Part shown: positions 1 to 10,200 of the stretch, one piece after another
Layout: each line of letters starts with the position of its first letter
Numbering within the stretch: position 1 is the first letter of the stretch
Source of the DNA: a virus
Reading direction: 5' to 3' (one strand)
IMG/VR virus record: IMGVR_UViG_3300023179_000035
Span: 52,395-116,394 of that record
DNA length: 64,000 nt
Notes under the pieces: model-generated
What the model saw: the letters and a program-made list of their open reading frames with translations, nothing else
The model's database searches: none
Told to the model about the DNA's origin: nothing
Position numbers and translations under genes: made by a program

Positions 1-84
1 TGGCGACTTGACGTCGTACCGTAGGTCCCGCTGCAGGCCATCAGCTCCCCCGTTCCCAGATATTTAAACATCAGGGAGTTTGAC

Positions 85-3000
85 ATGTCAATATCAGCGA
101 AGTACACACCTGGCCAGGGTCTTGTCCAGTTCAATGGCGAGGATGGGGGCGTCGACTTTGGCGGCGCCCCTGTCAGTGGCTCTTTTGTCGGCGCCTTCAG
201 CGGCTCCCACACCGTCGTCGGCGATGGATCGCCTTTCCTGGTGGCCGGGGCGAACGTCGTCATCACCACCGGGTCCAATGGGTCTATCACAGTAGCGGCC
301 CCGGCCGTGCCGGCCTCCCCCGTCGGCCTTGACAAACAGGTCCAGTTCAATGACAGCGGCTCTCTGGCCGGCGACCCTGGCCTGACGTACGACAGGTACG
401 ATGGCCTCCTGACGGCGACGAAGGTCGGCACAACTTCCATCACGGCGGCCAGCGTCATTGTCTCGGGCACCACCGGTGGGCCGGGTGGAGGCTACCTCCA
501 GATGCTACCCGTCGATGCCGCGGGATCCATCCCGGCTAACCTGACCGCTTCATACGTCTACACCTCAGGCTCCACCAACGACCTCTATTTCACGCAGTAC
601 CAGGGACCATACACCAACACCACACGTCTCCGGTGGCTGGAGAGCTACATGAGCACCGGCATCCTACACGGCGGCGTGGTATCCACGACCCCGGGAACAA
701 CGACATTCAGCGTCGCTGCCGGTGAGGGAATCGTCGTCGCCCAGAACGCCTCCACTTCATCGTCACCGTACCCGACCATAAAGCTGGTCAAGTGGGATAA
801 TTTCGTAAACGTGCCGCTGGCGTACTCAGCCTCCGCCAAGATCACATACATTGGCATTGGTCCCGACGGGGACCTGATACAACAAACTCTTCCGTGGGGC
901 TCCATCAACATCAATCAACACGATGAGGCGATTGACCTGGCTGCCGTCTTGCACCTCTCCGGAAATCTCACCACCGGTGTCTTCAATGCCCCGCAGGTCT
1001 CCTACGCCTCTAACCAGCAAACTGACGACTTCTTGCGTGCCTTTGGGCCCATGAAGCTATCGGGCCACACACTGGAAGCCTCAGGCTCCACGCTGGGCAT
1101 CGTAAAGGCGGCCGGCAGGTCTTTCAAGCTGGGTGCCAACTACACGGTCGACCCGAGCCATCCCTCGACAATCGTCGAGGACACACCGGTGACTGTCTCC
1201 AAGATCGCTCGCTACTACGTCAGCGGCTCCACGCCCATCATCGACGTTGGCCCCGGGGCGGCAGGTTACACTTACATCGACCCGACACACTACAACAACA
1301 ACGGCACGCTCACCCTCGTCCCGAGCGGGTCCTGGACAATCCAACGCGTCTTCTGGGTGCCAAACTCTCCGACGGGCCTCTTCCTCGTCTACTACGGCAA
1401 CACGGCCTACGCTGACGCATCCTCAGCCCAGGGTGGCATCAACAACGAACCGTTCATCGAGGCGCCCAACTCTGCTCAGAACGCGATCCTCTTGGGGTAC
1501 ATCATCCTCAGAGAGGACTGCACGGACCTCTCTGACGGGTTGGTCATCATCCAGCAAGCCGGGCTCTTCAGGCAGGTCGGTGGCGTAGGCGTCAGCGCCC
1601 AGCCAACGGTTCCCACCCAACTGCAAGAGCTCGGAGACGTTTCCATCAGCGCCGGCTCCACGGGCGATATGTTGGTCTTCAATCAGACGACGGGCTTCTG
1701 GAGCAACTCAAAGACACTCCAGAGCTTCACGGTCGGCACCGCCAACACGACTACGACCAACGCCACGACTGTGAACGCGTCGTACTTGACAGGCTCTCTC
1801 ACGAAGCTGTCTGATGGATCGTCCTACCTCGTGGCCGGAGGAAACATGAGCGTCGTGACCGGCTCTAATGGGTCAGTCACGTTAGCCACGGTCAACAGCG
1901 GCACGATACACGGAGTGACGGCCGGAACAGGCCTGACTGGCGGAGGAACATCAGGCGTCATCGTGGTGAACCTTTCGAACACCGGATCGGCCGGAACATA
2001 CGGATCCGCTTCGCAAGTTCCCGTGTTCGTGACGGATCCGCAGGGTAGAGTAACCGCGGTATCAAACACGTCAATTCAGATAACCGAATCTCAGGTCACT
2101 GGCCTGGTGACCGACCTGGGGAACATAACGGGTTCTATTAATTCATTGTCTAGCTCGCTGGCTTCCCAGAAGGCCGACAAGATCACGACGATATCAGCTG
2201 GAACCGGGCTGGCTGGTGGTGGAGACCTCTCTGCAAACCGCACCATATCGATGCCCAACGTTGGGACCGCCGGGACCTACGGCTCCGCCGCGCTTGTCCC
2301 TGTCTTCACCACCGACGCGCAGGGCAGGGTTACAGCCGTGACCAACACTTCTGCCTCGCTGGATGCCTCCCAGGTGACCTCAGGAATTCTTTCTGTCGCC
2401 AGGGGTGGTACTGGATTGTCTTCTTCCGGATTATCTGGAAGCATCCTCACGAGCAACGGGACGGGTTGGGCCAGCTCGGTCCTGACCATCAACTCAGCCA
2501 CGGCGGTCAACAACTCCGCTACTGCGTCGATATCTGTGGCTGACCCCACCCACTCCCATCCAGTATCATCGACCACAGCGGTCAATAACTCTGCCACGGC
2601 GTCGATCTCGGTCACAGACCCGACCCACTCACACCCAATCTCTTCAACCACAGCCACCGTCCAGCCCCTGACTCTGGCGGCGCACGAGTCGTTTAACATC
2701 GCACAGAACATCGGCACCACCCTCGCTACGATCACCTTACCCGGTTCTACACCAGTCAGCCCATCGGCTCAGCCTGGAGTGCCAAGAAACATACAGGTCA
2801 ACTTTGGCAACAACTGGAACGGCGGAAACATAACGGTGGCCGGCACAGACGTCTTTGGAAATGTGGTGTCAGAGACCTTCACGTCAAATCCCGGCAACCT
2901 CGCCGTCGGAACAAAGATCTTCTCTCTCATCAACGCCAACGGTATCACCCACACCTTGAACGGTACAGGCGGAGCTGGGCATAACGCAACGGTCCAGCTT

Positions 3001-3354
3001 GACTCCTACATCGGCGTCCTGAACATCCCAGTCGCTTCTTTCTTGAAGACGTCTGTCGCCGGGCTCAACGATTCCTTCTCATCCACCAACCTATCGAGCG
3101 GCAGCTTCGGAACCACCACGTCAATCAATGGGAACGTTGTCGACGTCTGGTACACCTACCAGGTGACCCCGGTCCAGAACTCACACACCCACGTGATAAC
3201 CAGCGGGTCAACTGGCATCACTGCGACCGACGCAGGCCACAACCACACACAGAACTCCCACACGCACGTGCTGACCAGCGGCTCTACAGGGATCACCGCA
3301 AGTGACGCAGGCCACAACCACACGCAGGCTTCGCATACCCATACACACAGCTAA
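85..3354 (+). CDS. Tail fibre / receptor-binding fibre protein with His-x-His metal-binding repeats
   Basis: 1089 aa, G/S/T-rich. Repeated AGTGLxGGG and GTYGSAxxVPVFxTDxQGRVTAVxNT units. Tandem DPTHSHP and QNSHTH...DAGHNHT repeats near the C-terminus. Confidence 0.7.
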   Translation: MSISAKYTPGQGLVQFNGEDGGVDFGGAPVSGSFVGAFSGSHTVVGDGSPFLVAGANVVITTGSNGSITVAAPAVPASPVGLDKQVQFNDSGSLAGDPGLTYDRYDGLLTATKVGTTSITAASVIVSGTTGGPGGGYLQMLPVDAAGSIPANLTASYVYTSGSTNDLYFTQYQGPYTNTTRLRWLESYMSTGILHGGVVSTTPGTTTFSVAAGEGIVVAQNASTSSSPYPTIKLVKWDNFVNVPLAYSASAKITYIGIGPDGDLIQQTLPWGSININQHDEAIDLAAVLHLSGNLTTGVFNAPQVSYASNQQTDDFLRAFGPMKLSGHTLEASGSTLGIVKAAGRSFKLGANYTVDPSHPSTIVEDTPVTVSKIARYYVSGSTPIIDVGPGAAGYTYIDPTHYNNNGTLTLVPSGSWTIQRVFWVPNSPTGLFLVYYGNTAYADASSAQGGINNEPFIEAPNSAQNAILLGYIILREDCTDLSDGLVIIQQAGLFRQVGGVGVSAQPTVPTQLQELGDVSISAGSTGDMLVFNQTTGFWSNSKTLQSFTVGTANTTTTNATTVNASYLTGSLTKLSDGSSYLVAGGNMSVVTGSNGSVTLATVNSGTIHGVTAGTGLTGGGTSGVIVVNLSNTGSAGTYGSASQVPVFVTDPQGRVTAVSNTSIQITESQVTGLVTDLGNITGSINSLSSSLASQKADKITTISAGTGLAGGGDLSANRTISMPNVGTAGTYGSAALVPVFTTDAQGRVTAVTNTSASLDASQVTSGILSVARGGTGLSSSGLSGSILTSNGTGWASSVLTINSATAVNNSATASISVADPTHSHPVSSTTAVNNSATASISVTDPTHSHPISSTTATVQPLTLAAHESFNIAQNIGTTLATITLPGSTPVSPSAQPGVPRNIQVNFGNNWNGGNITVAGTDVFGNVVSETFTSNPGNLAVGTKIFSLINANGITHTLNGTGGAGHNATVQLDSYIGVLNIPVASFLKTSVAGLNDSFSSTNLSSGSFGTTTSINGNVVDVWYTYQVTPVQNSHTHVITSGSTGITATDAGHNHTQNSHTHVLTSGSTGITASDAGHNHTQASHTHTHS

Positions 3355-3363
3355 GGGATTGCC

Positions 3364-5463
3364 TTACAGCCCGTACGTCGCCTTGTCGTTGAGCCACAGC
3401 TGTTGGACCTGCGCATCAGTAAGCGCGGCGAATTCACCATAGACCTCTACCTTACCGATGTCGCCCAGGAAGTAGCCGCTGTCAAACAGCCCGCCACCCC
3501 AGCCCACCCATGAGGCGATACGCCAGTACGCACCTTCGTACTGGTATGGTGACGCGGTGATCGTCCCCTCGAGGTTTCCGTCGACGTAGATCTTCACGGT
3601 GCCTGTCCCAGTCGCCTGCGTGTTTGGGTCGAAGATGCAGGATGCGACGCAGTGGTGCCACACGCCGTCGTTGACGGGAGTCGTCGACAGGACCGTCCGC
3701 TGCATCGTGTCGAACACGCCGAACCCCAAGAGGCCCGTCGTGTCCTGCACGAACATGTGCCGATCATAACCCGAAGAGCCCTGGCCCACCTGGTTGTTCT
3801 CGAACCCGATGATCTTGCGGTCTGTCCACGGGGTCTTGACCCAGGCGGCCACGGTGAAGGTGTTCATCCCGGGTGACATGAGAGCTGATGTGTACGCATA
3901 CTGTCCAGACATGTCTCCGCCGTAAGTCACCCGTGGTGGTGATGCTGAGACTGTAGGCCCGTTGACGAGATGTGCAGCGTTTCCGGGTGCACCGATGAGA
4001 CCCGCGTAGGCTCCCGTGTCGGGTATAATTCCTGCGTCGTAGTTGGCTGGATCCCACCTGAAGTAGGGTGTTGGCAGCGATACTGGGGGAAGCGGATACC
4101 TGCTCTTTAGGCTCTCGTAGCTTCCTGAGACGTCTACACTGCTAAGCGCCCTGTCGTAGATCTTGACGAAGGGTATCGAGCCAGACACGTAGGACGTAGC
4201 GTCGTTGTAACCGTCCCACCGACGCCCGATGTTGACGTCTCCACCAGACGTCAGGCTGACCGAGCTCCACGCCGTCGAACCGCTGCTCGCTCCGTTGATG
4301 TAGAACTTGACGTCTGACCCGTCGTACGTCGCGGCGAGGTGATACCACGTGTCCGTTACTGGGGTTAGAGTGTTAGGCGCGTTCTGCCAGCCGCCGCCCA
4401 TAACGTTCTTGTACAGCCCACCAGCAATCTCGCTAGTGTCGTTGTTGCCTATCGAGAAGTTGACGTCATTGCCCCCATAATTGTTGGTAATCACGCCCAA
4501 TGAACTAATGTTTGTCACGTCGCTGAACTTGACCCAGGTCTCCACCGTCCACCGTGTCAGGTCACCGAGGTCAGGCACTGTGGCGGCCTGGGTGCTGTCG
4601 GCATCGAACAGGATCGTGCCGCTGTTCGCCGAGCTGTAGGCCGGAGAGTTGAGCAGCGTCGCGTCGTTGTGCCACAGCCCGAGGTCGGACCACGTGGACC
4701 CGCTGCCGGGATAAGACGCCGGGATCGCTGCATCTAGGTAGACGAGCGGGCCGGCATACCTCGTGTTGAGGGAGTTGTAGCTGTTCGTCACCTCGGTCGC
4801 GGTGATCGGCCTGTCGTACAGCCTGACCACAGCGATGTCCCCATCGGTGAATGAGCTGTCACCATCGTACTGCCCGATCTGCAGGTAGCTGGTCCGTGTG
4901 GTGACGGAGCACGTCTTGGTGTCAGACGCCACGAGGACGCCGTCCCTGTACAGCTTGGACAGGCCAGAGGCCCTGTCCCATGTCCCCACGAGGTGGTACC
5001 AGACCCCAGTCTCGATGGGTCCGGGGTCGAAGACCTGTTCGCCTGCCGCGACCTCCCACCTGATCTCTCCGCCGCTGGTGTAGATCAGGTTCATGTAGCC
5101 CGGGCTGTTAAAGACGACGATGCCCTGTTGCACTGCGAGGTCACGGAACTTGACGTAGACCTCCATCGTGAAGCCCTCCGTCAGGTCGACCGTCACGTCG
5201 CTCGGCGTTGTGGCGAAACCGTCTGTACCGTTGAAGTCTACTCTACCGCTGTGGTAGGCGTATCCGCCCTGCAGCGTCGCTGGGACCCCACTAATCAGGT
5301 CTGTCCACGTCGTCCCAGCCCCTGGGTATGAAGTTGGGTTGCCGGCGTCAAAGAAGAGGACAGGCCCGCGGAGAGCTGCCTGATTCTCTTGGTAGCTAAA
5401 CCCGTTGCCGAAGCCGTACGACTGGGCGAAGTTGAACGTCTGGTTGAAGCCAAAGTTCGACAT
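3364..5463 (-). CDS. Protein with three LamG/concanavalin A-like domains (probable virion-associated lectin-like protein)
   Basis: Three repeats of F-T-x-E/A-x-W/Y-V-K ... WYHL/WHH ... KLY/KFY/KIYxxG. Twice FDA/LDA...SYPGxGxTWxDL. Confidence 0.75.
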   Translation of the reverse strand: MSNFGFNQTFNFAQSYGFGNGFSYQENQAALRGPVLFFDAGNPTSYPGAGTTWTDLISGVPATLQGGYAYHSGRVDFNGTDGFATTPSDVTVDLTEGFTMEVYVKFRDLAVQQGIVVFNSPGYMNLIYTSGGEIRWEVAAGEQVFDPGPIETGVWYHLVGTWDRASGLSKLYRDGVLVASDTKTCSVTTRTSYLQIGQYDGDSSFTDGDIAVVRLYDRPITATEVTNSYNSLNTRYAGPLVYLDAAIPASYPGSGSTWSDLGLWHNDATLLNSPAYSSANSGTILFDADSTQAATVPDLGDLTRWTVETWVKFSDVTNISSLGVITNNYGGNDVNFSIGNNDTSEIAGGLYKNVMGGGWQNAPNTLTPVTDTWYHLAATYDGSDVKFYINGASSGSTAWSSVSLTSGGDVNIGRRWDGYNDATSYVSGSIPFVKIYDRALSSVDVSGSYESLKSRYPLPPVSLPTPYFRWDPANYDAGIIPDTGAYAGLIGAPGNAAHLVNGPTVSASPPRVTYGGDMSGQYAYTSALMSPGMNTFTVAAWVKTPWTDRKIIGFENNQVGQGSSGYDRHMFVQDTTGLLGFGVFDTMQRTVLSTTPVNDGVWHHCVASCIFDPNTQATGTGTVKIYVDGNLEGTITASPYQYEGAYWRIASWVGWGGGLFDSGYFLGDIGKVEVYGEFAALTDAQVQQLWLNDKATYGL

Positions 5464-5464
5464 C

Positions 5465-5857
5465 TCAGCCGACGCCGCCGTAGCCGTTCGACCCCGTGAT
5501 TGTCACAAAGTTCCTAGACGGGATGAACGTCAGCCCGCCGATGACTGTGTACGTCGGCGTGCCAGCTGAGCCTGAGATGAAGAGCCTGTCTACTCGCATG
5601 TCTGCCGAGAAAGACTCCGTGCCGTTGAGGATGAAGTAGTTGGAGTTGCTGGGCAGCAGGCCGTTCTCAGTGAAGGCCACTGCGATGTTAGAGCCGCTCG
5701 GGCTGGTGTTCCTGACGATGATGAACCTGGCGACGTAGCCGAAGTCTATCTCGTGGACATCCCCCAAGGCCACCTGGGAAGACGTGACGTACGGGGTGGC
5801 AGATATCTGGTAAGAGGAGACGTAACCCTCGGCTGGGACAGCATAATTTAGTGGCAT
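5465..5857 (-). CDS. Hypothetical beta-rich protein (probably structural)
   Basis: 130-aa ORF abutting the LamG gene, with ATAGTTA upstream on the minus strand. Confidence 0.55.
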   Translation of the reverse strand: MPLNYAVPAEGYVSSYQISATPYVTSSQVALGDVHEIDFGYVARFIIVRNTSPSGSNIAVAFTENGLLPSNSNYFILNGTESFSADMRVDRLFISGSAGTPTYTVIGGLTFIPSRNFVTITGSNGYGGVG

Positions 5858-6079
5858 CTAATCACCTTGCTGCTCTTAACTATCTAGGACGCTTCTTAGT
5901 TGTAGCTTCTTCCTACTCTGGTTATTGTTAGATAATTGTGTAGCTGCAGTGGGCAGAAGTAAACGTGTCTCATGGCAGGAATATTCCTAGTGCCCCCAGG
6001 GGCGGCTATTTGCAGTTTGGTAATAAGTTTTACTGGCCGCTGCCCAAGAGTGTAGGTTTGGCGGCAGGAGAGCAACAGC

Positions 6080-6952
6080 ATGTCAGACGACCGCGAGAAT
6101 CGCAACGCAGTGTTCCAGGGACAGGTTTCAGCCCCGCCGGGAGTCCAGCCGGGCATGCCGACGACGACGATGGCCGACAGGGTCAAGGCGGACTTTGGCC
6201 TCGACATTCCGGTGGAGCTCGTCCCCCTGCCGTCCAGCGGCAGGGTCTACCCGCAGGGGTCAGCCCTGGCCGACAGGGAAGCCTTGGAGATTCGGGCCAT
6301 GACAGCCCGCGAGGAGGACATCCTGACCAGTAGGGCCCTCCTGAAGAAGGGCACCGCCATCACTGAGCTCATCCGGTCATGCATCGTCGACAAGAGCGTC
6401 AACGTGTCTGACATGCTGATCGGTGACAGGAACGCCCTGATGGTGGCCGTTAGGATCACGGGGTACGGCCCTGAGTACCCAGTGGAGCTGGAGTGTCCAG
6501 ACTGCGACACTAACACCCAACACACCTTCAACCTGGCCGAGCTCCAGATCCGCAGGCTGGCGATCGACCCCGTGGTCGAGGGCAGCAACGCCTTCGAGTT
6601 CGCCCTGCCCGTCTCCAAGAAGAACGTCCGCTTCAAGTTCCTGACGGGACGGGACGAGGACGACATGATGGCCCTGGCCGAGAAGCAGAAGAAGCATGGG
6701 CTCGGCAACGAGTCAGCCGTCACCACAGCGCTACAGTACGCTATCGTGGCTGTGGACGGCGTGACCGACAGGGCCAAGATCTCTAACTTCATCAAGAGCA
6801 TGCCGGCCCGCGACTCTAGGGCCCTTCGCACTTACATCAAAGACAACGAGCCAGGCATCGTGATGCGGCAGGACGTGGCCTGCGACAAGTGCGGCCACTC
6901 AGAGGAGGTCGACATGCCGCTCGGCGTCAACTTTTTTTGGCCTTCGACATGA
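6080..6952 (+). CDS. T4 gp26-like baseplate hub / tail assembly chaperone
   Basis: LPSxGRVY, MTAREEDILT, two CxxC motifs and a C-terminal NFFWP. Lies upstream of the tape-measure-like gene. GGAG SD. Confidence 0.7.
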   Translation: MSDDRENRNAVFQGQVSAPPGVQPGMPTTTMADRVKADFGLDIPVELVPLPSSGRVYPQGSALADREALEIRAMTAREEDILTSRALLKKGTAITELIRSCIVDKSVNVSDMLIGDRNALMVAVRITGYGPEYPVELECPDCDTNTQHTFNLAELQIRRLAIDPVVEGSNAFEFALPVSKKNVRFKFLTGRDEDDMMALAEKQKKHGLGNESAVTTALQYAIVAVDGVTDRAKISNFIKSMPARDSRALRTYIKDNEPGIVMRQDVACDKCGHSEEVDMPLGVNFFWPST

Positions 6953-7208
6953 GGACAGGGAGGGGATCATCCTTGAGCCCACTTTCCTGCTGATGTACTA
7001 CGGTGGTTTCACCTTCACAGAGGCCTACAACATACCCGTCTCCTACAAGAGGTGGTTCGTAGACCGCCTCGTCCAAGAGCTGACGCGGAAGGGGCCGGAC
7101 GGCTCCGATGCCCCGACCCGGGCCGCCCACGCAGACACCCCAGATGTCAGGGCCATGCAGGGGCGGTCTCGGGAGCAGGTACCGTCCCGCCTGAGGCGCT
7201 TTACGTGA
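6933..7208 (+). CDS. gp51-like tail assembly protein, probably the frameshift extension of 6080..6952 (in-frame ATG at 6993)
   Basis: The frame is open across the T7 run at 6932-6938 and reads FFGLRHEDREGIILEPTFLLMYYGGFTFTEAYNIPVSYKRWF. Confidence 0.6.
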   Translation, partial: FFGLRHEDREGIILEPTFLLMYYGGFTFTEAYNIPVSYKRWFVDRLVQELTRKGPDGSDAPTRAAHADTPDVRAMQGRSREQVPSRLRRFT

Positions 7209-7252
7209 CCCTTTTGCTGCGTCTCCACTACTTAGTCTGACAGGGGTGACGC

Positions 7253-10200
7253 TTGGCTAAAAGAAAAGGCGGCAAGGGCGGCGGTGAGCCGTACGATTTT
7301 TCTGCGCAGGCTACTGCCATGGCGGCCATGGCGGCCAGCATGGAGAACATCAATGAGAAGCTGACTAGCACCATTGAGGGCCAGCTTAAAGTGCTAGAGC
7401 AGCTCCAGAAGACGCTGGCCTCTCTCGCCGAGGCCGGAGAGGGGCCGGTCGCTGACGCCGCCGCTAACACGTCTAAGGCGGCCGAGGGGGCGCAACAGGT
7501 CAACGAGTCCCTAGAGGACATCATAAAAAACATGGACGAAGCCGGCGGGTCCGCCGCCTCCCTCGCGCAGGCTATAGCGAAAGCCTACGGCCGGCCAGAG
7601 CCCCAAAAGTTCAAGACCCTTCAGGGGCAGCTGGCCAAGGGGGCCAAGAAGTTCATCGACCAGTACAAGAACACTTCCAGCGTCCTGCTCTTCTTCCAGG
7701 GCCTGTCCCAGGGCGTCCAGAACGCCATGAACGTCTTGAAGGGCGCCACGTCTATAGCTACCAGCCTGGCCTCCTCGCTCTTCAACATCGGCTTCGCCAT
7801 CGCCTCCATACCGTTCCAGATGTTCCAGAAGCTGATGGACTTCGCCGCCAAGGCCACCGGTGGCACCGAGTTCGCCCAGGCCCGAGAGAACGTCCGCAAG
7901 TACTTCGGCGACCTGAGGACTGGGACCTCCGCCATGGTGCTAGACGTCGGCACAAAGATGCAGGGCTTCGCGAAGAACACAGGCCTGAGCCTCTACAGCG
8001 TCTTTGGGGACGCCGCCGAGATGCTCAACTACGTCAACGAGATGGCCCAGGGCATCGGGGCCGCCCTGCCCTCAATGCTCAAGTCCTTTGGCAAGAAACA
8101 GCAGGGCACGCTCTTCGCCTTCGCCAAGGGCCTAGGCCTAGGAGCGGAGGAGATGAGGTCAATCGGCCTCTACGCTCTCGCTTCAGGCAAGGACGCCAAG
8201 CATGTCTTTCAGGACATGACCAAGATGGCCCTGCAGCTGGAGAAGGCCTACGGCGATAACGCTAAGGTCTTGGGCAGGGACGTCGGCAAGGCCATCAAGG
8301 ACGTTGGTGTCTTCGGCAACGCCACCGTGGAGACCCTCTTCAAGGGCGCCACTTACGCTCGCGGCCTTGGGGTAGAACTGGACCACATTAAGGGCACGCT
8401 AGGCGCTTTCGGCACCTTCGAGCAGGCCGCTGACAACGTCTCTATGCTGACGCAGGCCTTTGGCGCCAACATTGACACCATGGAGCTGCTGCAGGCGGGT
8501 GCCGGCGGCGACGCCGCTAAGCAGGTAGACATCCTTCGAAAGTCACTGTTCAGTGCCGGCGTCTCTGCCGACACGATGAACAACTACAACCTCAAGCTGT
8601 TGGCCTCTAGCACTGGCCTGTCAGAAGAGGTGGCCCGTACCGTCTTTTCTATGAACAACCAGGGCAGGTCGCTGCAGGACATCCAGAAGCAGGCTGACGC
8701 GGCCAAGAAGAAGGAGGAGGCCTACCAGGAGACACTTCGGCGTCTCGCTCCATCCATCGAGAGGGTGGTGAGGCAGTTCGAGATGGTGGGGTCCTTCTTC
8801 GAGATGTTCTTCAAGGGGATGGCCAGGGCCCTTGTCATGTTCGGCCCCTTTAGGGACGTCGTCTTCGACATCAGGAAGGCCCTGATGCACACCTTCCAGA
8901 TCGGCTTCCAGTTCGGCATGAAGTTCTTCGGCATCCTCGAGAACACTTTCGGTCTCTTCACTGCGATGCACAACTTTTTCAAGCAGGGTGGCATAGAGAA
9001 GTTCTTTAATACCTTCTCGGGTATCTTGGAGAGGTTCACTCGGTCACTCGCTACGGGCCAGGGTGACGTGAAAGGGCTGCTCGACGACTTCTCGAGGCTC
9101 ATCACTGACTTCTTCAGCGGCAACAATCCAGCATTCGCCGGCATAGCCGCCTCCTTCCAGAAGATCATGGCGGTCGTCGGGGCCACCATAGGCGCCGGCA
9201 TTAGGGCGCTATCGCCCATGGTAATCAACGCCCTCGACTTCCTTATCAACCTCATCATCGACCCAAAGAGGGCGGACGCCCAGATAAACCAGGCAACGGG
9301 CATTATGGGCCCATTCGTCATGCCCATCTACACTGCCCTGCGCGAGAACCTTCCAAAGATAGCGTCCAAGATGGGTGACCTGCTGTGGGAGCTTTTAGGA
9401 CTCGCTCGGGCTGAGCTATGGAAGGGCAGAGATTTTATGCTTCTTGGCATGTCATTTGGAACTGCCTTAGCCTCATATGCTCTAATACCGGGTATTATTA
9501 AATTTGGTCTCGGAAGATTGTTTCAAAGTTCGGCTACTAGCGCTATTACACAAGCGATCTATCAGGCGGCAGCGGCTGCAGAGGCAGGTAAGGCTGGAGA
9601 ATTAGCTGCCTCGCAGCTAAGTCAAGGTTGGATATCCTATCTTGGAAATCCTGTAAGTACAGCGATGTTTAAAACATCATTTACTTCTTTCTTAGGGGCT
9701 GCGGGACTTCTTGCAGCGTCCTTCACCGCAGGATGGGCATTAGGTAAAATGATTGCTGATTCTGTCGGCCAAGGGATGAGAGATAATGCAAAACAATCTG
9801 CTGACAGCGCTGATAAATTCACAAAAGATATATTGGCCGAGCAAGATAAGAAGAAAAAAATTGAAATAGCTAAAAAAGAACTTGAAGAACAGCAGGCATT
9901 AAGACAAAAAGCCAAAGAAGACGCAGAGAAGCTTAGTTGGGCTGAAACAGGCATGGTAGCAGGCGTAGGAGCACTAGGATTTGTTGGAGGGTCAATTGTA
10001 GCGCCAGGCGCAGGATCAGTTGCAGGTGCAGTAGGCTTATCAGCTGCCGCCGGGGTGGCTTTTAAAGCAGCAAAAATGAAGGAATTTGATGCGAATGCAG
10101 CTGCATTTGACCTAAGGATTATGAGTGCTCAATCAATTATTGATGCGTATGAAAATCCAAGCAGTCCTGCCTATAAAGCGCGTGAAAATGCTGAAGCACA

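Noticed and set aside
2485-3350. Diversity-generating retroelement template/variable repeat in the fibre gene
   Set aside because: The repeats are tandem and in frame, differences are not adenine-specific, and there is no reverse transcriptase in the window.
5860-6079. ncRNA or small ORFs in the divergent intergenic region
   Set aside because: No recognisable structure or start signals. Most simply a divergent promoter region.
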